A stretch of 64,000 nt of DNA. Source: an uncultured bacterium (lineage in GTDB: Bacteria > Oederibacteriota > JAAXVQ01 > JAUVAV01). Of the stretch, positions 21,149-30,926 are shown piece by piece. A model generated the notes under the pieces. That model was not told where the DNA came from, did not search any database, and worked only from the letters and a program-made list of their open reading frames with translations. Positions within the stretch are counted from its first letter, which is position 1, and each line of letters begins with the position of its first letter. The position numbers and the translations under genes were made by a program. The stretch covers positions 320,001-384,000 of the forward strand of contig CAVQBK010000013.1 of the NCBI GenBank assembly GCA_963710755.1, written 5' to 3'.

Positions 21149-21255
21149 AACCGCTTTTCGCGACGCTCCTTTTAACGAAATGAAGTTTCCTGCATACGGC
21201 TTGGGTAATTATCGACACTATACCAAACCTTCTATATAGATAAAAGGGAATTTTA

Positions 21256-22974
21256 CTATTTTAGGACGGCCAGTTTTCCGGTTTTAACTTCGTGCCCGGA
21301 TCTAAGCACATAAAGATAGATTCCCGATGCCACCTCTGCTCCCTGGTTATTGGTTAATGGCCAGGTGACCTGGGTTTGAGCTGTTCCTGTTCTCAGAGAA
21401 GTCACACGTTGCCCCGATAACGTGTATAGATCTATTGTTGTTGCCTGAGGCAGCTTGGAAAAGGTTAGGCTTTGGCGCTGACCGCTATCCATCCGCAGCG
21501 GATTGGGATAAACCACCACTGCGTCCAAAGCTTTGGGAGTACTGATGGTCATGGTGATGGTCGCTGTAGGCGAGATGGTGGGACTGACCGTGATGGTCGG
21601 TGACACGGTGGCCGTAGGGCTGATGGTAAAACTTGGTGTAATCGTCGCCGTGGGGGTGATGGTAGATGTAGGCGTCACCGTGGGTGTCACGGTGGAGGTA
21701 TAGACCGGACTATGGGTGAACGTAGGCGTAATACTAGCCGAAGGGGTCAGCGTGGCGGAAATGGTGGGCGTCAACGTCACGGTGGACGTACCCGACGGTG
21801 TTGCCGTAGGCGTGATGCTGGGCGTGCCGGTGACAGTGGCCGAGACCGTCACGGTCGGTGTGGCGGTTGGCGTGAATGTCATGGTGGCCGTCACGGTGGG
21901 CGTATCGTCTTTCCAAATAATTTCATAGACAGTGCTTCCCGATGAAGCCAGCAGCGATGGGTTGCTGGTTCTGAACTGGCCCAAGGTTAAAGCACCAACA
22001 GCAACCGCGTCCGGCTGCCCGATGGCTTGAGTTTGCCAGTCCGTGCCGGTCCAGCAATATTCCCAGATTTCACCATTATCAAAACCAGCATAAAGACGCA
22101 TGAGACCATCACTGCGGACCTGGCCCATGGTTAAGGCCAGGCAATAATTATTGGAGCCACCTGGGCCGCCGATGTCGCTCTGCTGCCACGAGCCTCCTTG
22201 CCGGCAAAATTCAAAAACCCGGCCTGTGTCTTCGCCGGCATACACATTATTTAAACTGTCCCCAGCCCTGCCCGGTCCCACCTCGACTACATTCAAATCA
22301 TCACTGGTGCTGGTGCCGATCTGGGCAGAAGACCATCCGCTGTTCCAGGTCATTTCATAGAGTCGGTTATTCAAATTGGCACCATATACTCTGGTGATGC
22401 CGTCATTACGGCCCTGGCCGATGGTCACATCGTAATAATCATTATTTTCACTATCAATGTCATGGGTATCATAGCCTGTGCCATTCCAACTGTATTCCAC
22501 GATGCGGTTGTTGCTGTTGGCGCCATAAATATAGGTTTGGCTATCGCCGTTGCGGCCCTGGCCCGCGGCGGCATGGTAAAATGTATTGCCCCCATCGGGC
22601 ATTTTGGTTTGTTCCCAAATGCCGCTGTTGTAAAAATATTCATAGAAAACACCGGTGCTATCGGCAGCATAAAGGTAGGTCTTACCATCATGGCGGCCCG
22701 ATCCAACCGCCACGGTTAGTAAAGGATTGGGCTCGGCCGTGCCTATGGAGCCGCCGGCCCAGCTGCTCCCAGTCCAATGAAATTCATAAAGATAACCATC
22801 GGTACAGGAAATATAAAGATAGACAGTGGAGCTGCCGTTGCGCCCGGCAGCCGTCAGTACATCGGTATAGGTGTTACTCCCTGAATCTACGGTAATGATT
22901 TGCCAGGCTGCGTGAAGTGGGCTGAAAGTTAACAAGACTAACAATAGGGTAACCCCTGCAGATCTCCACTGCAT
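21256..22974 (-). CDS. Secreted 7-repeat beta-propeller-like protein with Thr/Pro-rich linker and C-terminal FlgD/T9SS-type-A-like Ig domain
   Basis: Signal peptide, seven G.GR.DG...Y...YE..W repeats, about 120 aa of T-x-T-P, and a C-terminus VYPNP...IDLYTLSGQRV...VASGIYLY...KLAVLK. Confidence 0.8.
   Translation of the reverse strand: MQWRSAGVTLLLVLLTFSPLHAAWQIITVDSGSNTYTDVLTAAGRNGSSTVYLYISCTDGYLYEFHWTGSSWAGGSIGTAEPNPLLTVAVGSGRHDGKTYLYAADSTGVFYEYFYNSGIWEQTKMPDGGNTFYHAAAGQGRNGDSQTYIYGANSNNRIVEYSWNGTGYDTHDIDSENNDYYDVTIGQGRNDGITRVYGANLNNRLYEMTWNSGWSSAQIGTSTSDDLNVVEVGPGRAGDSLNNVYAGEDTGRVFEFCRQGGSWQQSDIGGPGGSNNYCLALTMGQVRSDGLMRLYAGFDNGEIWEYCWTGTDWQTQAIGQPDAVAVGALTLGQFRTSNPSLLASSGSTVYEIIWKDDTPTVTATMTFTPTATPTVTVSATVTGTPSITPTATPSGTSTVTLTPTISATLTPSASITPTFTHSPVYTSTVTPTVTPTSTITPTATITPSFTISPTATVSPTITVSPTISPTATITMTISTPKALDAVVVYPNPLRMDSGQRQSLTFSKLPQATTIDLYTLSGQRVTSLRTGTAQTQVTWPLTNNQGAEVASGIYLYVLRSGHEVKTGKLAVLK
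21536..21903 (-). repeat. Low-complexity Thr/Pro/Ser coding repeat (TPT(A/V/I)T units)
   Basis: Translation TPTVTATMTFTPTATPTVT...SPTATITMTISTP; the DNA copies are degenerate. Confidence 0.85.
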
Positions 22975-23175
22975 TAAATCCTCCCTTTACATTTCACTAC
23001 TATTTAAAGTATACCAAAAAACCTGACATAACCAAATTTTGTACGTTTTTTTATATTTTTGTTTTCAAACGAAAAGTTCAGGGACAGGGGTGCGGTTGAG
23101 ATGAAATGCTTATAAAATAGGATAAAAGTAAGATTGGGCAGAAGCGTGGGGGTACTTGCCTGAATAGTTACATAC

Positions 23176-23952
23176 TCACAGGGTGAATTTTTCGCCCAAA
23201 TAGATTTCCCTGGCTTTCTTGCTGTTGGCCAATTTGGCAGCTGTGCCGGCAAGCAAAATCTGGCCTTCATAGAGGATATAGGCCCGGTCGGTAATGGACA
23301 AAGTCTCGCGCACATTATGATCGGTAATCATAATACCAATGCCGCGGCTTTTTAATTGACGCATAATGTTTTGAATGTCGAGTACAGCAATGGGATCAAC
23401 CCCAACAAAGGGTTCGTCAAGCAAGATGAAAGCCGGATCGATTACCAAGGCCCGGGTAATTTCCAGCCGTCGCCGCTCCCCTCCGGACAAGGTATAGGCT
23501 TTCTGCTTCCTTAAGTGGCTGATGCTGAGCTCATCCAGCAACTGGGTCAAACGCTCAGCCTGTTCTTGTTTGGAAAGGGGCAAGGTTTCCAAAATAGCCA
23601 TCAGGTTTTCTTCCACCGTGAGCTTGCGAAACACCGAACTTTCCTGGGATAAATAGGCAATGCCCAGGCGCGCTCGTTTGTACATGGGCAGGCTGGTAAT
23701 GTCCGTTTTTTTACCCTCTGTATCGGCCAAATAAATATGGCCGCTGTCCGCCTTGATCAATCCCACTACCATGTAAAAAGTGGTGGTCTTACCGGCCCCG
23801 TTGGGGCCGAGCAACCCCACGATTTCACCACGCTTCACATCCACATTGACTTTGTTGACCACCCGTTTATTATGGTAAACCTTGATCAGGTCTTCACTGC
23901 CCAATTGAAAAGCGCCGGCCGTGACGGGCTTTAGCGTCTTTTGTGAATCCAT
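23176..23952 (-). CDS. lptB: LPS export ABC transporter ATPase
   Basis: [48 protein letters not shown]; follows lptC and lptA. Confidence 0.95.
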   Translation of the reverse strand: MDSQKTLKPVTAGAFQLGSEDLIKVYHNKRVVNKVNVDVKRGEIVGLLGPNGAGKTTTFYMVVGLIKADSGHIYLADTEGKKTDITSLPMYKRARLGIAYLSQESSVFRKLTVEENLMAILETLPLSKQEQAERLTQLLDELSISHLRKQKAYTLSGGERRRLEITRALVIDPAFILLDEPFVGVDPIAVLDIQNIMRQLKSRGIGIMITDHNVRETLSITDRAYILYEGQILLAGTAAKLANSKKAREIYLGEKFTL

Positions 23953-24747
23953 TTATTTAAGTCCTTTCTCCTTGTCCTCACGGTTGGGATTCACCAGGGC
24001 CTGAGCTTTGCCGGTTACAATATAGGTGTTGTCGTTCATGAGCAGGGTAATTTGTTGGCCCGAGATCCGGTCGCCTTCATTAATAACCAAGGGCTGCTCC
24101 AGAACCTTTTGGGGATCGGCTTTCAGTACGATTTTTTTCTCCTGGTCGGAAAAGGTCATGATCCCCGCCGTAGCGGTAACCGCTTTGTAATGCACCACCA
24201 CCTGGCCTTGCGCGCGGCCATTGCCGGAATTAGGCTGCCAGTCCAACTGGTCACTGCTGAGCTTCATCGCGTTACCGGCATCATCCTTGGTGGCCAGATG
24301 CACATCCTGTCTGGCGGTCACATGGGATAAATCATGCTGGTAATCCAGCTCACGGGCCTTGATCACGGCATCCTGGATGCGGTCTACCAGTTGCACACCA
24401 TCTTTAGCCAGCGCCTGTCCGCTGCTGGAGCTAACTTTGAGATAAGGGGCCTTTAATTCCAGTCCTTCCTGTTTCACATGAACGTGGCCTTGAAAAATCG
24501 TAATTTCTCCGTCATTAAGATAGGTCATTTTATCGGAAGTGATGGCCACCGGCTGATCTTCCCGCCATCCGGGTGTTAATTTAGGTCCCATGGCAATGGC
24601 TGTTTTGGCGGCTACAGTTTGTTTCTCGATCACCACTTCCGACGTTGGACCAAGGTGAATCGTACGGGCACCGCTGCAAGCACTCATCACCACGGCACCG
24701 GCCAATAACCAGCCCAACCACTTATAGTTATTTGTCCTGTTGCTCAT
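23953..24747 (-). CDS. lptA: LptA/OstA-like beta-jellyroll lipoprotein
   Basis: Lipobox-like MSAC, repeated ITSDKMTY / FQGHVHVKQ jellyroll strands, and position between lptC and lptB. Confidence 0.75.
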   Translation of the reverse strand: MSNRTNNYKWLGWLLAGAVVMSACSGARTIHLGPTSEVVIEKQTVAAKTAIAMGPKLTPGWREDQPVAITSDKMTYLNDGEITIFQGHVHVKQEGLELKAPYLKVSSSSGQALAKDGVQLVDRIQDAVIKARELDYQHDLSHVTARQDVHLATKDDAGNAMKLSSDQLDWQPNSGNGRAQGQVVVHYKAVTATAGIMTFSDQEKKIVLKADPQKVLEQPLVINEGDRISGQQITLLMNDNTYIVTGKAQALVNPNREDKEKGLK

Positions 24748-25327
24748 TCGGCTTTAATCCTTTGAGGGATTTCAATTTAATGTGCACCTTGGCGAGGATT
24801 TCCAGATGTTTTAACTCACTGTCTGCTTCCAGACCAATGCCCGTTAAAACACTGTCCTGACGTTCCACCCGTACCGGCTGATCCGTATAAATGCGGTCTT
24901 TGCTCTGATCCCAATCGAGTTTTTCGGTCGTCAACACCACCCCGTCACTGGACACCATCTTAACTTGGTCCACAGCCTGCATGTGGTTGGTCTTGGTATT
25001 GAGCAGTCCTTTTTTAGCTGTCAAGGTCGACTGAACCTTACCGGCCTTCAAATAAATCATTTCAATGTCTTGAGCTTTGGCCAGGTTGATTTTTTCATAT
25101 ATTTGCGCTGCCCGAGCCCTGAAAATCCAACGTTGCTGAGTGCCCTTGGACGAGACCATTTTAAAGCCTTCAAACAAAATAGTTGGATCTTCGTCACTGC
25201 CGGTAATGGGCGCCAATCTGACCGTCGGCGGTTCGGGGGTGCATCCTGGCAGAACGATCAGCAGCCAGACCGCCAGCAGCAACAGCCCCTTTTTTTTTGC
25301 ATCGGACAACCGTGCCATCATGAGCAT
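24728..25327 (-). CDS. lptC: LPS export periplasmic protein LptC
   Basis: LTAKKG, LTTEKLDW, IYTDQPV, LTGIGLEAD motifs and operon context. Confidence 0.85.
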   Translation of the reverse strand: MLMMARLSDAKKKGLLLLAVWLLIVLPGCTPEPPTVRLAPITGSDEDPTILFEGFKMVSSKGTQQRWIFRARAAQIYEKINLAKAQDIEMIYLKAGKVQSTLTAKKGLLNTKTNHMQAVDQVKMVSSDGVVLTTEKLDWDQSKDRIYTDQPVRVERQDSVLTGIGLEADSELKHLEILAKVHIKLKSLKGLKPNEQQDK

Positions 25328-25348
25328 ATCCGTTTCCGTTTCTCCGGT

Positions 25349-26248
25349 TCAGGGGCTTTTCGGTGGCTGGTGTTTCCAACGGTCATGAAACCACACCCAT
25401 TGATCAGGAAAGAGCTTAACATATTTTTCCACCACTTGGTTGCAAAGCTTGACCCCTTCTTCCAAATAGCGTGATTCCGTCCAAGCGGCGTCCAGCCTCA
25501 GGGCCGGTTCAATAATGATTTTATGCCTGCCTGAAGGTTGGCGCACAATAAAAATAGGTACCACGGCTGCGTCGCCTTTGCGGGCCAGCCGGAAAATGCC
25601 CACCGGCGTTTTGGCCGGCCGGTTAAAAAAAGGTGCCCACAACGAATCCACAGACGTGTCCTGATCATTGAGCATGCCCAGCAAATGGTTGCTGCGTAGG
25701 GTGCGGATAATATCCTTCGTGATCCCTTTGCGTTTAATGACTTTGACCCCATGGCTTTCCCGGAAGCGGTTGAGCAGGACATCCAGACGTTCATCATACA
25801 AGGCCTGCGCCACGGCTGCCGAAGGCCACCCCTGCGCGTTGGTATAAATCACGAGAATTTCCCAGTTATCCATGTGGGCGGTCAGACAACAGACACCCTT
25901 ATTCCTGGCCAGGGCGGCCTCCATATGCTCGCGGCCTTCCACGGTTTCCACCAGGTTGACGATCGACTTGGTTGAACGGGAGAAAAGACTGAAGAGTTCC
26001 AAGGCGCTGCGGCCAAAGGAGACAAAAACCCGGCGAGTCAGGGCGGCCCGTTCCCGGTCGTCCATATCTGGAAAAGCGATCTTTAAATTCTTTAAAGCCC
26101 GTTGCCGTTCCTTGGGTACCAGGTCATGGAACAAGCCGCCCAAGCCGGCCCCTATGCTCAGCGCCAGGCGGTGCGGACAAAGCCCGGCCAGGAATTTCAA
26201 GCCCAGAATAATCCAATAGAGCACTGTGTTTTTAATTTTTTTCTTCAT
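25349..26248 (-). CDS. Lipid A late acyltransferase (LpxL/HtrB family)
   Basis: TAHMDNWE, LNDQD, PFFNRPAKTP, PDQWVWFHDRWK. Confidence 0.9.
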   Translation of the reverse strand: MKKKIKNTVLYWIILGLKFLAGLCPHRLALSIGAGLGGLFHDLVPKERQRALKNLKIAFPDMDDRERAALTRRVFVSFGRSALELFSLFSRSTKSIVNLVETVEGREHMEAALARNKGVCCLTAHMDNWEILVIYTNAQGWPSAAVAQALYDERLDVLLNRFRESHGVKVIKRKGITKDIIRTLRSNHLLGMLNDQDTSVDSLWAPFFNRPAKTPVGIFRLARKGDAAVVPIFIVRQPSGRHKIIIEPALRLDAAWTESRYLEEGVKLCNQVVEKYVKLFPDQWVWFHDRWKHQPPKSP

Positions 26249-26786
26249 GCCGTGCCTGAAAAAAATAAACCGCCTCTGCCCAACGCTGCTGGGTTTTCAG
26301 GATCAATTCAATGACTTCCCTCACCGCGCCCTGCCCGCCGGCTTTGGCGGTGATATAATGAGCCGCCTGCCTGACTTCTTCCACGGCATTGGGCACGGCA
26401 ATAGCCAGACCCACCTGTTCCATCACCGGCAGATCCACCAGGTCATCACCAATGTATGCCACCTGATCCGGTGTTAACCGGGACTTTTTCAGGAGCAACG
26501 CCAAAGCGCCCAGCTTTTGCTTTTGGCCCTGGAGCACATAGGTCACTTTGCACTCTTGGGCCCGTTGCCGCAGCAAGGCGCTCTCCCTGGCTGTGACCCA
26601 GGCGGTCTTTAAGCCCACCCGCTGGGCCAGGCCGCAGCCGGCGCCGTCCAGCACGGAAAAGCGCTTGCCTTCCACACCATTGTCGAGCAGATAAACGCCG
26701 CCATCGGTGAGCACACCGTCCACATCATTGACCAGCATCGCAATTTTTTTCAATTTTTTATTCAAAGCCGGACGAGTTAAAAGCAT
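26232..26786 (-). CDS. kdsC: KDO 8-phosphate phosphatase (HAD)
   Basis: DVDGVLTDG, FSVLDG, AYIGDDLVD, GGQGAVRE. Confidence 0.92.
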   Translation of the reverse strand: MLLTRPALNKKLKKIAMLVNDVDGVLTDGGVYLLDNGVEGKRFSVLDGAGCGLAQRVGLKTAWVTARESALLRQRAQECKVTYVLQGQKQKLGALALLLKKSRLTPDQVAYIGDDLVDLPVMEQVGLAIAVPNAVEEVRQAAHYITAKAGGQGAVREVIELILKTQQRWAEAVYFFQARHEEKN

Positions 26787-27766
26787 TACACCACCCCGGC
26801 ATCAAAGAGGTCAAGAAAGTGAACAATCCCAATCAGCCGCTTCAACTGGTCGGTGACGAGCAGCACGAAAATACGGTTGTCCTGCATCACGCGCACCGCC
26901 TTAATGGCCAATTCATCTTCTTTTAAAACAATGGGGTCCTTGGTCATGACGTGACTAATGCTTAGGGTGGTAATGGTTTTTTCTTTTTCCAGAGTGCGCC
27001 GTAAATCACCGTCGGTAAAAATGCCCTTCAGATGACCTTTGGTATCCACCACCCCCACGCAGCCAAACCGCTTCCTGGTCATTTCATAGATGGCACTTTC
27101 CACGCTGGCTTGCTGGGCCACCTTGGGAATGGCCTGGCCTTGATGCATAATATCCTTGATTTTAACCAGCCGCTTGCCCAATTCCCCGCCGGGATGAAGC
27201 CGTGAAAAATCTTCCGGTTTAAATTGACGCACATTCATCAAGGTCACGGCCAGGGCATCACCCAGGGCCAGCATGGCCGTGGTACTGGCGGTCGGTGCGA
27301 GACCATGAGGGCAGGCTTCTTCTTTGACTTTTACATTCAGGACGGCGTCCGCATTTTGCGCCAAGGGACTCTGCCGATTGCCGGTCATGGCCACCAGTTT
27401 GGTGCCCAACCGTTTGAGCGAAGGGATGAGTTTGACAATTTCATCAGTATACCCGGAGTTGGAGATGGCCAGCACTATGTCCTGCGCCATGACCATGCCC
27501 AAATCGCCGTGGATGGCGTCAGCAGCATGCAAGAAAATAGAGGGTGTTCCGGTAGACGCCAAGGTAGCGGCCATTTTTTGACCGATCAGGCCCGATTTGC
27601 CCAGCCCGGTTATCACGACCCGGCCTTGGCATTGGATAATCATTTCCACCACAGCCTCAAAGGCTGAATCCAGTTGCCGGCCCAGGGTTTTAACAGCTTC
27701 GGCTTCGATTTTCAGAACACGCTGGGCATCTTGAATAATGGAGGATAAGGAAGATGGTCTAGCCAT
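26786..27766 (-). CDS. kdsD: Arabinose-5-phosphate isomerase (KpsF/GutQ family, SIS + 2 CBS)
   Basis: GLGKSG, ASTGTPS, HGDLGM, EACPHGLAPTAST, HPGG, FTDGDLRR. Confidence 0.93.
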   Translation of the reverse strand: MARPSSLSSIIQDAQRVLKIEAEAVKTLGRQLDSAFEAVVEMIIQCQGRVVITGLGKSGLIGQKMAATLASTGTPSIFLHAADAIHGDLGMVMAQDIVLAISNSGYTDEIVKLIPSLKRLGTKLVAMTGNRQSPLAQNADAVLNVKVKEEACPHGLAPTASTTAMLALGDALAVTLMNVRQFKPEDFSRLHPGGELGKRLVKIKDIMHQGQAIPKVAQQASVESAIYEMTRKRFGCVGVVDTKGHLKGIFTDGDLRRTLEKEKTITTLSISHVMTKDPIVLKEDELAIKAVRVMQDNRIFVLLVTDQLKRLIGIVHFLDLFDAGVV

Positions 27767-28497
27767 TACTCTTCAACGTAAAGGAATCGTGCGCAATTGC
27801 TGCAGGTGTGAAGTTCGCGGTATTTTTTAAGTTCGATAAACATCTGGGGGGGGATGGCCATACGGCAGCCCGTGCAGACATCATTTTCCACTTTGGCCAT
27901 GGCGTTACCGCCACGAGCTTCTTTTAATTTTACATAGCGTTCCAGAAGGTGGTGGTTAAGCTTGGCCGAAGCGGTTTCCCACTGCGATTGAAACTCCGAT
28001 TTTTTAGTTTCCAAGCCCTGGACTTCCTGGGCACTGACTTGCTGGGCCGCTGTGAGTGCCTGTTGCGCAGCTTTTAAATCAGCTTCCGCTTTTTTAAGGT
28101 CCACTTTTAATTCATCTTCCGCCATCATCATTTCAATGATGCGCTCTTCCAAAGCACTGTTTTCTTCATTTTTTTGGGCGATTTCCGATTGCAGAGCCCG
28201 GAGGGCCTCGTTGGTTTTCACGTCGAAAAGCTGGCCTTTTAATTTAGAGGCCTGCTCCTGCAATTGTTTAGAAGTGGTCTCTGCTTCCCGTTTATCCTTG
28301 AGCAGTTTATCCATTTCCAGTTTAACTTTATCCAGCGCTGCCTGCGCTTCATTGACATGTTCTTCTTCTGTATGCGTCTTATGGGCCAGCGCATCGATTT
28401 GCGCCTGCACACCATTGATGTCATTATCAATAGTCTGAAGAAAGATCATGGCTTTGATTTGTTCTCTCATGCCATTACTGCTTTGAGGTTGATCCAC
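27766..28497 (-). CDS. Coiled-coil protein with C4-type zinc ribbon (CT398/HP0958 family)
   Basis: LQTID start, long coiled coil, CTGC...CSNCARFLY. Confidence 0.9.
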   Translation of the reverse strand: MDQPQSSNGMREQIKAMIFLQTIDNDINGVQAQIDALAHKTHTEEEHVNEAQAALDKVKLEMDKLLKDKREAETTSKQLQEQASKLKGQLFDVKTNEALRALQSEIAQKNEENSALEERIIEMMMAEDELKVDLKKAEADLKAAQQALTAAQQVSAQEVQGLETKKSEFQSQWETASAKLNHHLLERYVKLKEARGGNAMAKVENDVCTGCRMAIPPQMFIELKKYRELHTCSNCARFLYVEE

Positions 28498-28649
28498 CTC
28501 TTTGCCTCCCTTACTGACCCAACGGTAATGCCATACCCTGATTTTCTTTTATTTCCAAGGAAATTTTCCCGTGTCAGTGTTTATATAGGTCCAGCTCACG
28601 CGGAGACAGTGGTCAGGGACCACCAAAAGCATCCGCTTTTTAGGGGGTG

Positions 28650-28679
28650 ATCATACAATAGGTCAAGGTTGACCGTCAA
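28650..28679 (-). promoter_or_regulatory. Putative sigma70 promoter for the zinc-ribbon/kds/lpt operon, with a palindrome in the spacer
   Basis: Minus strand TTGACG-18 nt-TATGAT; perfect inverted repeat GGTCAA-GG-TTGACC at 28661-28674. Confidence 0.5.
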
Positions 28680-28916
28680 GACCAAATATGCCGCCGTGCA
28701 ACAGCTACTGGTCAAAATCATAACTCCTGATTTAACAGCCCTGGATAATTTAAGGTTTGCTGCTAAGGTTCACCATATACCAAAGTTGGCCACCCATGGT
28801 ATTTCGGATTTTAAGGGACAGGACGGTGCCGGATCATTTTTTTAACGTTGCCATTGCTTGACTGTTTCCAAAAAGAAAACGTCATGATTACCGGCCAGAG
28901 CCGCAGGGACGCGACC

Positions 28917-29618
28917 TCAACTCAATTTATGACAGATATAAATGAAATGGGAACTTAAGGAGCGGGGAAAGAATTTGACCAACAGGGAGAAGCTCCATTG
29001 CTTGAAACGCACGATCCAGTCGGTATGGTCCGTCGAGACTATTTGTTGTTGGTGATTGAAGCGCACATCCCCCACCATCAGATGGGCATTGCGAAGCTTG
29101 GTTTTCCACTTTTCAAAGGAATAAAAAGCATCCAGTCCTTGGTCAGCCAGAATAATGCGTTCACTGCGAAAGGCGCCATAATCACCATTAGGCAGGACAA
29201 TGCAGGCCCGGCCGCCTGGTTTCAACACCCGGTATATTTCCTGCAGGCCTTGGTCAGGATCGAGGAAAAACTCCATCACCCCAAAACAGGTGACCAAATC
29301 AAAACAATTTTGGTCAAAGGGGATGGCTTGGGGACTTCCCAGGACAATAGTAGCCTCGGGAGCATTCTTTTGACTAACAGCCGCAGCTTCCGGTTTGGTT
29401 TCAATGCCCGTGGCCTGCAGGTTCAGCTGCCGGGCCAACATCAGCACCTGGCCGTCACCGCAGCCGATATCCAAGAGGCTCATATCCTGATGTGGGTGCA
29501 TTAATCTCAAAAGACGCTGATAATCACAATCATAAGCCAGCCACTGATTCAAGTTGGCTTCATAATCATGCCCGCTCCAGGAGGTAATTGGATTTCCTCG
29601 GCCATGTAATCGTGGCAT
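28917..29618 (-). CDS. Class I SAM-dependent methyltransferase
   Basis: LLDIGCGDG, PFDQNCFDLV, EIYRVLKPGG. Confidence 0.85.
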   Translation of the reverse strand: MPRLHGRGNPITSWSGHDYEANLNQWLAYDCDYQRLLRLMHPHQDMSLLDIGCGDGQVLMLARQLNLQATGIETKPEAAAVSQKNAPEATIVLGSPQAIPFDQNCFDLVTCFGVMEFFLDPDQGLQEIYRVLKPGGRACIVLPNGDYGAFRSERIILADQGLDAFYSFEKWKTKLRNAHLMVGDVRFNHQQQIVSTDHTDWIVRFKQWSFSLLVKFFPRSLSSHFIYICHKLS

Positions 29619-29701
29619 ACCCAGCCATCCTTTCGGTTTTTCCCATAACCCAAGGATCGGCTGAGAGCACTTGCCCGTAAAGGCCAAAAGCGTGCTTACA
29701 C

Positions 29702-29944
29702 TTACATGGAGACGGTTTTAATCTCCAGCTCAGGAATGGCGGCCAAGGCGGCGGTCATTTTCTCCACGGCACTGCGGTCGGGTTTAACCTGAAGAATTAT
29801 CAATCCATCATTAGAACAGGTACTCTCCGTAATCTCATGAATACCCAGACGCACGGCGATATTGCAACCGTATTCAGTTAAAACCTTCTGAACCTCAGGA
29901 GCGTGATTGGCGCGGGCTTTGACTTTTATCAATACCAATTCCAT
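29702..29944 (-). CDS. Small ACT-like protein (TM1266 / iron-only hydrogenase regulator-like)
   Basis: 80 aa with VQKVLTEYGCNIAVRLGIHE and GLIILQV; GGAGG RBS. Confidence 0.6.
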   Translation of the reverse strand: MELVLIKVKARANHAPEVQKVLTEYGCNIAVRLGIHEITESTCSNDGLIILQVKPDRSAVEKMTAALAAIPELEIKTVSM

Positions 29945-29993
29945 AATAGTACCTCCTTTAAATTGATCACAAGGGTCACGGTCCTAGTTTTTT

Positions 29994-30416
29994 TCAGGAG
30001 CGGTAATACAGATTGTACAGCCCATTGGCGACCAGTCCCCATACGGCATTCAATAGAATGATGACTACGAATACCCAGGCCCCATGCCCTGCTCCCCACC
30101 AACCCCAACCATGACGGGGATAATAAACCAGAAGCGTATAGGCACTGGGTATAAGACCCAGCAGGATGCCCTTGCCGATCCCTTTGGCCCTAAATAATGG
30201 GGATAGAACCACCAATAGCAGTCCCCATAAGGAACCACTAACCAGACGATGGGCCAGATAGGGCCAGTTCAAATGAATCGTACCCATGGCCGCGCCCAGC
30301 CAATGGAACAGTCCGGTGCGAAAACCCATCCAGGCGGCAAGAGCGTAAGCCAAGCCTCCCAAGGCTCCTGCAAAATAGGCGATGGCCATGCGGCGTAAGC
30401 TTTCTTTCATGATCAT
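29994..30416 (-). CDS. Hypothetical 4-TM membrane protein
   Basis: Four hydrophobic segments (FAGALGGL, RLVSGSLWGLL, NAVWGLV); GAGGA RBS. Confidence 0.7.
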   Translation of the reverse strand: MIMKESLRRMAIAYFAGALGGLAYALAAWMGFRTGLFHWLGAAMGTIHLNWPYLAHRLVSGSLWGLLLVVLSPLFRAKGIGKGILLGLIPSAYTLLVYYPRHGWGWWGAGHGAWVFVVIILLNAVWGLVANGLYNLYYRS

Positions 30417-30701
30417 TGGTCCTCAATAAAGGAGATGTGGTCTCCGGCAAACCCGGAAAACCCGATTGGATTAATACTGCTGAAAATTATATGCTGAACT
30501 TGATAAAAGAACAAGATGGGAAATGGTGGTGTATCGCATCAATCATGGTCCTGACAGGACTGATGCGTTACGAAGTTGTTGAACAACAAACATAGACGAC
30601 TACGTTCCGTTTTCGATTTTGGACTTCTGCTTCACCGCAAGCTTTTCAGGACCATGCGTGAAGGCTTTCGCAGACAGGTGGCTTTCCGGCCGTTAGTTAT
30701 T

Positions 30702-30740
30702 GCGAAGCCCTGTCCTTGTCTGGCAAAGACAGGGCTTCGC
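30702..30740 (-). terminator. GC-rich hairpin downstream of the tRNA
   Basis: GCGAAGCCCTGTC...GACAGGGCTTCGC 13-bp inverted repeat; no clear U-tract. Confidence 0.5.
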
Positions 30741-30755
30741 GGGTGGTCATTAGCC

Positions 30756-30831
<76 letters not shown>

Positions 30832-30926
30832 GAAATCTTGCTCCGCAAAATTTCAAAGCAATCGAGTGTTGGAGATTGCTGGAAAGAATATACTCGATTG
30901 CGGTCAATTTTCGATTCTCGAGATCT

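Noticed and set aside
21536-21903. Repetitive DNA considered as a CRISPR array or VNTR
   Set aside because: It is a degenerate coding repeat for a Thr/Pro linker, with no identical repeats separated by unique spacers. No CRISPR array was seen in the window.
28498-28916. Possible rnpB, 6S RNA or riboswitch next to the zinc-ribbon gene
   Set aside because: No GAGGAAAGTCC RNase P signature or recognisable riboswitch consensus found by eye.
30491-30595. 34-aa plus-strand ORF MLNLIKEQDGKWWCIASI...
   Set aside because: Loosely resembles the end of an NTF2-like protein, but it is short and lacks an RBS; at most a gene remnant.
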